From Candidatus Wolfebacteria bacterium (lineage in GTDB: Bacteria > Patescibacteriota > Minisyncoccia > Phycocordibacterales > NVSU01): a stretch of 50,480 bases of DNA. Position 1 is the stretch's first letter; each line of letters begins with the position of its first letter. The notes beneath the pieces were generated by a model, which was given only the letters and a program-made list of their open reading frames with translations, made no database searches and had not been told where the DNA came from. Made by a program: the position numbers and the translations under genes. The DNA lies in contig NVSU01000004.1 in the NCBI GenBank assembly GCA_002401345.1, positions 628-51,107 of the forward strand, read 5' to 3'. Below are positions 8,390-15,793 of this stretch, one piece after another.

Positions 8390-9253
8390 TTATTCTTCGT
8401 CGTCCTCATCATCATTTTCGTCTTCGTCATCTGACTCTTCTTCATCATCATTTTCGTCTTCGTCATGTGACTCTTCTTCATCATCATTTTCGTCATCTGA
8501 TTCACTTGCTGCTCGTACTGCATCTCTAAATGCATCTTTTGCATCTTTAAGTGCGTCTTTAAAGTCATCTACTGCAGCTGCAATAGTATCTTTATGATCA
8601 CTTATTGCATCACGAACTGACTCGCTTATGTTTTTGATTACATCTTTACTTTCCTTCAACTCTGCCTTAGCAGCCTCCATACTTGCCTTAAGTTCGGCTC
8701 GTATCTCTGAAGGATTATCTCCAGCTTCACAACTCGCTTGAGCTGTATCTATAGCTGCTACTACTGATCCTCTAAACTCTGCAAGTGCAGCATCAACATC
8801 TACATTTCGTGATTCAAGCACTAGATCAACTTCTGCTCGAAATGAGTCATTTGCAGCATCAATGATTGCTCGTCGTGTTTCAAATGCATCCCTTACTGCA
8901 AGCTTGAACTCATCAAGTGCAGCTAATTTAACAGGATCATCTCCCAATTGCTCTTCTAGATGAGCAAATCGATCATTTCGTTTTGTATCAGCTTCTGTTC
9001 GCTTCTCTTCAATTCTTGAAGCTCGATCAGCTTTACGATCAGATAATTTTCGCGCTTGCTCTGTTCGACGTGCAGCAATTTTTTCAGTTTGAGCATCTAG
9101 TCGACTGTTAACTTTATCTGATAATTGTGTGATCCGCTCACATGTATTTCGACCATGTGAACTTCCTTGTGCGTATGCCGTAAAAGGCACCATACTCACC
9201 ACTATTGCTAATCCAATAATTAATGAGATTCCTTTATTCATAGTTATATTCAT
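8390..9253 (-). CDS. Secreted coiled-coil protein with an acidic repeat tail
   Basis: Signal peptide ending AYA, two Cys, Ala/charged helical body, C-terminal D/E repeats. Confidence 0.8.
   Translation of the reverse strand: MNITMNKGISLIIGLAIVVSMVPFTAYAQGSSHGRNTCERITQLSDKVNSRLDAQTEKIAARRTEQARKLSDRKADRASRIEEKRTEADTKRNDRFAHLEEQLGDDPVKLAALDEFKLAVRDAFETRRAIIDAANDSFRAEVDLVLESRNVDVDAALAEFRGSVVAAIDTAQASCEAGDNPSEIRAELKASMEAAKAELKESKDVIKNISESVRDAISDHKDTIAAAVDDFKDALKDAKDAFRDAVRAASESDDENDDEEESHDEDENDDEEESDDEDENDDEDDEE
8407..8497. repeat. 36-bp tandem repeat encoding (D/H)DEDENDDEEES
   Basis: About 2.5 copies of TCATCATTTTCGTCTTCGTCAT(C/G)TGACTCTTCTTCA. Confidence 0.8.
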
Positions 9254-9422
9254 AAAAATTAATAAATTATTATTAGTAATAAAAAATTATAATATTAAGA
9301 GGGACGACTATTATTCCTCTATATATACTGACGATACATAGTTATTTATATTACACGACATTTGTGTATATACAACAATAATATCATAGAGTCAAAATAT
9401 TAAAATTATACCTTTTGACTTG

Positions 9423-9497
9423 TGCTCGGGGGCGGACTTGAACCGCCGACCCTTCGCTCTTCAGGCGAATGCTCTAAACCAACTGAGCTACCCGAGC
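9423..9497 (-). tRNA. tRNA-Phe(GAA)
   Basis: Acceptor GCTCGGG/CCCGAGC. Anticodon arm TTCGC-CTGAAGA-GCGAA. T arm GGCGG-TTCAAGT-CCGCC. Confidence 0.95.
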
Positions 9498-9509
9498 AGA
9501 AACTTTTGT

Positions 9510-9803
9510 TTACTCATCTTTGTTCAAAATATCATTGATGATACTTCCATCTGTAACCGACTCACTAAATTCAGTTAACTGAGTTACCCCAGAGACAGTT
9601 TGCTCAAAAATTGAGCGTGCTTGCTCTAAAAATGGACGAATGAAAAGGAATCCTACTAATGCAGCTCCAATAATAATAAGCCATTTAATAACCTTAAAAA
9701 AACGAGATCGCTTTTCAGCACTTCTCATCTGCTTTAAGATCTTATTATTCTCCTTTGAAAGCGCGATAGAAACTTCTAATAACTTTTTATCATTCGGATC
9801 CAT
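9510..9803 (-). CDS. Small single-TM protein
   Basis: 97 aa with ENNKILKQMR followed by one TM helix. TGa-TATATT lies 6 nt before the ATG. Confidence 0.75.
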   Translation of the reverse strand: MDPNDKKLLEVSIALSKENNKILKQMRSAEKRSRFFKVIKWLIIIGAALVGFLFIRPFLEQARSIFEQTVSGVTQLTEFSESVTDGSIINDILNKDE

Positions 9804-9846
9804 GAGAAAAATATATCATAAATATGCTCCTTATGCTACTGAAATA

Positions 9847-9875
9847 TTTGTGTCCCCGGACTGAGTCGAACAGTC
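9847..9875. repeat. 29-bp direct repeat of the tRNA-Arg 3' end (att-like), partner of 11012-11040
   Basis: TTTGTGTCCCCGGACTGAGTCGAACAGTC is identical at both sites. Confidence 0.9.
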
Positions 9876-9899
9876 TAGCTCGATCAAGTTTGATATAAA

Positions 9900-9923
9900 A
9901 AAGCACGGATTACTCCGTGCTTT
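9900..9923 (-). terminator. Intrinsic terminator
   Basis: AAAGCACGGA-ttac-TCCGTGCTTT with an upstream A-run on +. Confidence 0.75.
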
Positions 9924-9936
9924 AAAGCTATTATTT

Positions 9937-10917
9937 CTATTTTCTTGGTTGAATTGGCATTACATCACTATATGCAATGTCATATTTCTCAAGAAGTTCG
10001 TCAAGTTCATTCATAGACTTTGAACCAAAATTTCTCATTCCTAAATATTCATGTCTAGGAAAAGACGCAATATGACCTAAAGAAATATTTCCAAGGCTTC
10101 GAATTCCATAATAGCGCAAGATGACTGCCCGAATACAATTACTTAATCTGACAGACACATCAAGTTCCAATAATGATTTAGAAAGAACTTTTATCTTGTC
10201 ATCTCCAAGACCTTGCTTCGATTTATCAGTCTCTTCCTTTGATTGATATTGAAGCAATTTTTGTTCAAGTTTATTAATAATTTGTCCTTGCAGTCTAACT
10301 TTTTCACAATACTCTTTATACTGTAACATTCGTTCATCGAATCTTCTCATTTTATATATTACATACCTTAAACCTTTCTGAAATATTTGACGAACTCGTT
10401 CACTCGTAAGATCAAATTTTTCAGAAATCTCGTCAAAAGTATTATTCTCAAATAAGACTAAATACAAGACTTCATCTTGTCTTGAAAAACGAGACTGTTC
10501 ATTAAGAAAAACTTTTTTGAATAGATCTTGAAAAAATTCAAGTTTTTCAATTCTGTCATGAAATCCTGTATACCATGTAAGTTTAAATTTCATATATTCC
10601 TCTGTCTCATTTCTCACAAATAAAAGTTTTGAACCCCTTTTATTTGATAAACGAAGATGAGGAAATTTATCTTTGAGGCAAAGATTTCTAATCGTTGACA
10701 TGCTAATGCCAGTTAGTACATACACCTCATCAATCAACAATAACGGTTCATCTAATGACACTTTTAATTTCTTCTCAAGTTTATCTTTGTCAATAAATAA
10801 TTTATTTCCTTCATATACAGGTTTAGGTAAAACTCCTTTTTGTATATATCTTGAAATAGAACTCTTATTATGTTGGATAAGAGTTGCAACTTCATCAAGT
10901 GAGAGCATATTGTTCAT
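9937..10917 (-). CDS. Putative transcription regulator: two excisionase-like HTH domains, sigma70 region 4 and an RNAP alpha-CTD-like domain
   Basis: MLSLDEVATL...ISRYIQKG; LLIDEVYVLTGISMSTIRNL; TFDEISEKFDLTSERVRQI; ELDVSVRLSNC...RNFGSKSMNEL. Confidence 0.75.
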   Translation of the reverse strand: MNNMLSLDEVATLIQHNKSSISRYIQKGVLPKPVYEGNKLFIDKDKLEKKLKVSLDEPLLLIDEVYVLTGISMSTIRNLCLKDKFPHLRLSNKRGSKLLFVRNETEEYMKFKLTWYTGFHDRIEKLEFFQDLFKKVFLNEQSRFSRQDEVLYLVLFENNTFDEISEKFDLTSERVRQIFQKGLRYVIYKMRRFDERMLQYKEYCEKVRLQGQIINKLEQKLLQYQSKEETDKSKQGLGDDKIKVLSKSLLELDVSVRLSNCIRAVILRYYGIRSLGNISLGHIASFPRHEYLGMRNFGSKSMNELDELLEKYDIAYSDVMPIQPRK

Positions 10918-11015
10918 TTCCTTTTATTTTAAAGTTCACTATAGTAATCTGTATTCTACACAATATAATACCATCATTATCATATAGAATCAAATATAAA
11001 ATTTTCTATTTTTTG

Positions 11016-11119
11016 TGTCCCCGGACTGAGTCGAACAGTCAGCTGCTCCTTAGGAGGGAGCCGTTTTATCCATTAAATCCCGACGTTACAGTCGGGACCC
11101 CGACCTTGCGTCGGGGCTA
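11016..11119 (-). pseudogene. Disrupted tRNA-Arg(CCT) with a 39-nt hairpin insertion after G10 and no adjacent 5' acceptor strand
   Basis: TAG|CCCCGACgcaagGTCGGGG TCCCGACtgtaacGTCGGGA|TTTAATGGATAAAAC-G-GCTCC-CTCCTAA-GGAGC-agct-GACTG-TTCGACT-CAGTC-CGGGGAC-A. Confidence 0.75.
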
Positions 11120-11124
11120 TACTA

Positions 11125-11212
11125 TGCCCTCATCAGGAATCGCCTCTCCCCGACTCAATATTTCATATTTCGCTGGACTGCGTTTTGTATTCAATCATTT
11201 CACCACGAGGGC
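11125..11212 (-). pseudogene. Degenerate tRNA-like sequence
   Basis: GCCCTCG...TGAGGGC-A acceptor-like pairing. The last 18 nt are identical to the 3' end of the tRNA-Arg at 11407. The anticodon arm is unrecognisable. Confidence 0.45.
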
Positions 11213-11359
11213 ACTTCTTATTTCTTAGATTATTTCACTCCCAAAGAAATAAAGTCGCATTCTTGAACAAAACGGGAGCCGCTGGTCGAAATCCACAATT
11301 TATATATTCACTATGTTCATTATAAATTGGGACCTTCGGTTCTCATCTAGGAGTCACTG

Positions 11360-11404
11360 TAACGTAAAAAACTCAGGCAAAACATGCTTGAGCTTTTTAC
11401 GTTA
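11360..11404 (-). terminator. Long hairpin/terminator after tRNA-Arg
   Basis: TAACGTAAAAA-a-CTCAGGCA...TGCTTGAG-c-TTTTTACGTTA. Confidence 0.6.
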
Positions 11405-11406
11405 TA

Positions 11407-11478
11407 TGCCCTCATCAGGAATCGAACCTAAATCTAGTCCTTAGGAGGGACTTGTTTTATCCATTAAACTATGAGGGC
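11407..11478 (-). tRNA. tRNA-Arg(CCT), intact
   Basis: Acceptor GCCCTCA/TGAGGGC. D-stem GTTT/AAAC. Anticodon arm AGTCC-CTCCTAA-GGACT. T arm TTAGG-TTCGATT-CCTGA. Confidence 0.93.
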
Positions 11479-11488
11479 TTCGGGGACA

Positions 11489-11530
11489 ATTATACAAAAG
11501 AGCACCTTTTACGATGCCCTTTTGTATAAT
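11489..11530 (-). terminator. Hairpin terminator after the glutaredoxin gene
   Basis: ATTATACAAAAG(A)GCA(C)C...G(A)TGC(C)CTTTTGTATAAT inverted repeat. Confidence 0.65.
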
Positions 11531-11555
11531 AAACTATTTTTCGAATTCTGCACTA

Positions 11556-11789
11556 TTACAATTCAAGTAATTGCATTAGTTTGTCTTTGTTGAATCCTAC
11601 TATAATTTCATTTTCTATATCTATAACGGGCACACCCATTTGTCCACTTTTCTCAATCATTTCTGTCCTTTTTTCTGCGTCAGTTGAAACATCGAATTCT
11701 GTGTATTCCACGTCATTAGCTTTGAAAAATTCTTTTGCAATAGTGCAATATCCACACGTAGGTGTGCTATAAATTAATACTGATTTCAT
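11556..11789 (-). CDS. Glutaredoxin/NrdH-like redoxin
   Basis: YSTPTCGYC, GVPVI and IVGF motifs. Confidence 0.92.
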   Translation of the reverse strand: MKSVLIYSTPTCGYCTIAKEFFKANDVEYTEFDVSTDAEKRTEMIEKSGQMGVPVIDIENEIIVGFNKDKLMQLLEL

Positions 11790-11928
11790 ACTATTCTCAT
11801 CAAATATTGGTAACTAAATACTGGAATATTCGATATAACTACTAATAATGTAGTCCAGTATAACATAAATAGAAAACCAATCTAAATGTATTGTGACAAA
11901 GCACATATGAAGCTATAATAAATGCACT

Positions 11929-13287
11929 ATGGCATTAGAACTCTATAATACACTTACAAGAACTAAAGAAAAATTTATGCCTCTTACTCCTCATCATGTA
12001 GGGCTTTATACATGTGGTCCCACAGTATATAACTATCCCCACATAGGTAATTATCGTGCGTATGTGTTTGCAGATCTGCTCAAGCGTCATTTAGAATACT
12101 CAGGGTATGAGGTAACACATGTAATGAATCTTACTGATGTTGATGATAAGACTATCAAAGTATCTCAGGAAGAAGGAAAAAGTTTAAAAGAGTTCACTGA
12201 ATTTTATTCTAAGGAATTTTTTAGGGATCTTGAATCTCTTCATATAGAAAAAGCGGACGAATATCCGCGTGCAACGGATCATATTAATGAGATGGTGGAA
12301 CTTATCAGTACCCTCTTAGATAAAGGATATGCATATAAGAGTGATGATGGAAGTATCTACTTTAGTGTGGAGAAATATAAAGACTATGGTCAATTGTCAC
12401 ACATCGACACAACTGAACTCAAGGAAGGAGCCTCAGGTAGAATAATTGCTGATGAGTATTCAAAAGATAGTGTAAATGATTTTGCACTTTGGAAAGCGTG
12501 GGATGAAAGTGATGGAGATGTATTCTGGGATACAAAGATCGGAAAAGGTCGTCCGGGGTGGCATATTGAATGTTCCGCCATGAGTACAAAATATTTAGGA
12601 AAAAACTTTGACATACATACTGGAGGAGTTGATTTAATATTTCCTCACCATGAGAACGAAATAGCTCAGTCCACATGTTGTACAAATAGTTCATTTGTAA
12701 ATTATTGGCTTCATAATGAGTGGGTATTGGTTGATGGTAAGAAAATGTCAAAATCATTGAATAATTTTTATCGACTTTCAGATATAGAGAAAAAAGGAAT
12801 TTCGGTGGTCGCCTATAGATACTGGCTACTTATGGCACAGTACAGAACGGCTATTAATTTCACATGGGAGGCCCTAGAGGCGGCTGAGAGTGCATTAAAG
12901 CACCTAATGAGCCTTTATATACAGCTTAAAGATGAAAAAGGGGTTATACAAGAAACATACAAAAAAGAGTTTATCCAGTACATGGATAATGACCTCGATA
13001 CTCCTCGAGCATTAACTGTGCTATGGGAAGTAATAAAAGACAGCACCCTCTCGGACGGAGATAAACGTGCGACTATAATAGACTTTGATAGAGTATTTGG
13101 TCTTGGCTTTAAAGATTTAAAACTGGAACCACTCCCTGATAACATAATTCAATTAGTAGATCAGAGAGAAACTGCTCGTAAAGAACACAACTGGGATGAA
13201 GCTGATGTGCTTCGAACTGCAATTCAAAAAGAGGGGTATGAAGTTAAAGACACAGACCATGGACCACTCATCACTCCAATTCTCTAA
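11929..13287 (+). CDS. cysS: Cysteine--tRNA ligase
   Basis: CGPTVY..HIGN, GRPGWHIECS, DIHTGG.DL.FPHHENE and KMSKS motifs. Confidence 0.98.
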   Translation: MALELYNTLTRTKEKFMPLTPHHVGLYTCGPTVYNYPHIGNYRAYVFADLLKRHLEYSGYEVTHVMNLTDVDDKTIKVSQEEGKSLKEFTEFYSKEFFRDLESLHIEKADEYPRATDHINEMVELISTLLDKGYAYKSDDGSIYFSVEKYKDYGQLSHIDTTELKEGASGRIIADEYSKDSVNDFALWKAWDESDGDVFWDTKIGKGRPGWHIECSAMSTKYLGKNFDIHTGGVDLIFPHHENEIAQSTCCTNSSFVNYWLHNEWVLVDGKKMSKSLNNFYRLSDIEKKGISVVAYRYWLLMAQYRTAINFTWEALEAAESALKHLMSLYIQLKDEKGVIQETYKKEFIQYMDNDLDTPRALTVLWEVIKDSTLSDGDKRATIIDFDRVFGLGFKDLKLEPLPDNIIQLVDQRETARKEHNWDEADVLRTAIQKEGYEVKDTDHGPLITPIL

Positions 13288-13306
13288 ATAAAATTAAGAT
13301 TTAAAA

Positions 13307-13336
13307 AAAGCCTTACCAATTATTTGGTAAGGCTTT
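13307..13336. terminator. Bidirectional terminator
   Basis: AAAGCCTTACCAA-ttat-TTGGTAAGGCTTT. Confidence 0.8.
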
Positions 13337-13344
13337 GTGTATTC

Positions 13345-14031
13345 TTATTGTGTAACACGTCTATGAACAGAAATCTTAAGTAAAGGAATGATGTCTTGAT
13401 CGGAATACTCTAACACTAATTCCTTATTTGAAACATTCTTATATGCTTCTATGATCAAGTTATTTTCCTCCTTAATCCTCTTGCGTGACACGCGAATCAG
13501 TTCATTATACAGTTCTGCAATATCATACTGTGTCCTCAGTGTATGTTTATCAGCTGTATGTTGTTTAATTCTTGCATCGATATTTGCTTTCTTTTTACGT
13601 TCCCTAAATTCAGACAGTTCATCTGCTATCTCAATAGTGTCGCGTTGCAACATCGAAATAGCTTCATTTTTTTTACCGCCACCAATTTTTCTTGCTTTTA
13701 CAGAATCAAGTTTATGTACCAATTCACTCATTGTGGAATTTAAACGCATTTCCTCTTCAGTAAATGAATTATATTTAGCGGAGATCTGTATTCCATTAGT
13801 TCTAATGTGCGTCTCTTGCTTCATTATATTTATACTTAATACCTCAGACCTCTCAATTAGTTTCTTGATAAAGGAATTATCAGTATCAGCGATAATGTAG
13901 ACAAAGGTCACACTATCACTTGTATATGTCGCAATGGTGTCACCACTATTGGCATATGCATTACTAGTAAGTAATTGAAACAATACAATTACTACAATAG
14001 ATACACTTCGAATATGTCCATAACTGTTCAT
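13345..14031 (-). CDS. Orphan secreted coiled-coil protein
   Basis: Signal peptide ending AYA, helical charged body. Promoter TTGACT-17-CATTAT at 14072-14100. Confidence 0.7.
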   Translation of the reverse strand: MNSYGHIRSVSIVVIVLFQLLTSNAYANSGDTIATYTSDSVTFVYIIADTDNSFIKKLIERSEVLSINIMKQETHIRTNGIQISAKYNSFTEEEMRLNSTMSELVHKLDSVKARKIGGGKKNEAISMLQRDTIEIADELSEFRERKKKANIDARIKQHTADKHTLRTQYDIAELYNELIRVSRKRIKEENNLIIEAYKNVSNKELVLEYSDQDIIPLLKISVHRRVTQ

Positions 14032-14164
14032 GTGTTCAATTTTTAAGGTTCATATTTAAACTATTTGTCTAATAATGACATATATAAGACATACAGTCAA
14101 TCATCGACATATTAACTATAACATGGTAATATATAAAAAAGTTAGTTCCACGAAAACTGAATAT

Positions 14165-14659
14165 ATGAAAAAGTTTCTAAGTCTTTTATTGTTTATAGGT
14201 ATCTTTTTGAGTACTTCAAGAGATGATCACGCTATTAGCATGAGCACATCTATTGATGATCCTAAAAATCCATTTAAAAATATGGACGAGCTTATTGAGG
14301 CAATCGCATGCAAGGAATCCAGACACAATGATAATGCAATGGGTGATCTCACAGAATTTGATAGCATCTTGAATGGCATTGATACTGCATATGGATATCT
14401 GCAAATTACCAATGATGTGATTATTGACGTAAATCAAACACTTGGCACCAATTATCGTTCAATAGATGCAAAAGGCAATCGCGAACTCTCCATAAAGCTT
14501 TTTTACGTATACATAGAGAGATATGCAACTTTTGTCAGGCTTAAAAGAATAGCTACTCAAGAGGATATTGCTCGCATATGGAACGGAGGACCAAATGGAT
14601 TTAAAAAAGAAACAACAATAGTATATTGGGAGGATGTAAAATCTTGTCCCAATAAATAA
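14165..14659 (+). CDS. Secreted lysozyme-like protein (transglycosylase/destabilase-like)
   Basis: Signal peptide MKKFLSLLLF, then AIACKES, YGYLQI and IARIWNGGPNG. Promoter TCGACA-17-TAATAT at 14104-14132. Confidence 0.75.
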   Translation: MKKFLSLLLFIGIFLSTSRDDHAISMSTSIDDPKNPFKNMDELIEAIACKESRHNDNAMGDLTEFDSILNGIDTAYGYLQITNDVIIDVNQTLGTNYRSIDAKGNRELSIKLFYVYIERYATFVRLKRIATQEDIARIWNGGPNGFKKETTIVYWEDVKSCPNK

Positions 14660-14680
14660 ACCGCCCTTATGGCGGTTTTT
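14658..14680. terminator. Terminator
   Basis: AAACCGCC-cttat-GGCGGTTT followed by a T-run. Confidence 0.75.
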
Positions 14681-14723
14681 TTTATATAGATACTGTGAAG
14701 CTCGAATTAGTATACAATCTCGT

Positions 14724-15785
14724 CTATACTCCTTCCTTTTTTAATTCTTCAATGAGTTCTTTAGATTTATTAGTCAATTTTTTAGGTAATGAAATATTTA
14801 TTTTCACTAATAGATCACCTCTCTGACCGCTGCCCTTTGGAACACCCTTCCCTGCTACTCGAAGTACTTCATGTGCGGAAACTCCTACTGGAATTGGAAG
14901 CTCAATGTCTCCATCTAATGTAGCTATTGTGTACGTGGTACCTAATAATGCATCCGAAAGTTTAATATTCAAATCCATAGTTAAATTTAGTCCATTTCTT
15001 TTAAATGTTGCATGGGGTGCCACATTTATTTTAATATAGAGATCACCAGATGTCCCTTTAGACACAGCTTCTCCAAAACCTAACAACCGTATCATCTCGC
15101 CATTTTGAATACCAGCAGGAATAGCCACATTTATTTCGTGTTGATCCTTTAGAATACCTGCTCCCTTACAGGAAACACATTTTTCATGTGGGACCTTTCC
15201 TGATCCAACACAAGTCTCACATATACGAACACTTGAGAATGTCCCCAGCATCGATTGCTTGGTTTCGTGAACCTGACCCTGTCCATTACATCTCGTACAT
15301 GTCTCCATTTTAGTGCCTGGTTTTCCTCCTGTATTCTCACATATCTTACATTCAGACATTTTATTCACTAAAATTTTTCTTTCAATACCGAATATAGATT
15401 CTTCAAATGAAATATGTAATTCAGTGGAAATATCCCTTCCGCGAGGTGCGCGTTGAGCACCTGCCATTCCACCCGTAAAAAATTGACTGAAGATATCATT
15501 TAAATTCCCAAAATCAAAACCTGCCTGTTGTGCCTGAGAAAAATCACTATACCCTGCACCACCGCCACCTGCACCAGAAAACACTCGCCCATATGAATCA
15601 TATTCTGAGCGTTTTCTTTCGTCAGAGAGCACTTGATATGCCTCATTTACTTCCTTAAATTTTGCTTCATTCCCACCTTTTTTATCTGGATGATATTTGT
15701 GGGCAAGCTTATGAAAGGCTTTCTTTATTTGATCTTTGGTAGATTCCTTTGAAACTCCAAGTATTTGGTAATAGTCTTTAGACAT
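14724..15785 (-). CDS. dnaJ: Chaperone DnaJ
   Basis: J domain with HPD, G/F region, four CxxCxGxG-like repeats. Confidence 0.97.
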   Translation of the reverse strand: MSKDYYQILGVSKESTKDQIKKAFHKLAHKYHPDKKGGNEAKFKEVNEAYQVLSDERKRSEYDSYGRVFSGAGGGGAGYSDFSQAQQAGFDFGNLNDIFSQFFTGGMAGAQRAPRGRDISTELHISFEESIFGIERKILVNKMSECKICENTGGKPGTKMETCTRCNGQGQVHETKQSMLGTFSSVRICETCVGSGKVPHEKCVSCKGAGILKDQHEINVAIPAGIQNGEMIRLLGFGEAVSKGTSGDLYIKINVAPHATFKRNGLNLTMDLNIKLSDALLGTTYTIATLDGDIELPIPVGVSAHEVLRVAGKGVPKGSGQRGDLLVKINISLPKKLTNKSKELIEELKKEGV

Positions 15786-15793
15786 ATAATATA

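Noticed and set aside
8272-8597. Low-complexity ORFs (poly-Ser and MTKTKMMMKK)
   Set aside because: Alternative frames of the acidic 36-bp repeat in 8390-9253.
10884-11228. 114-aa plus-strand ORF
   Set aside because: Runs antisense across tRNA-derived sequence and hairpins, with no protein-like features.
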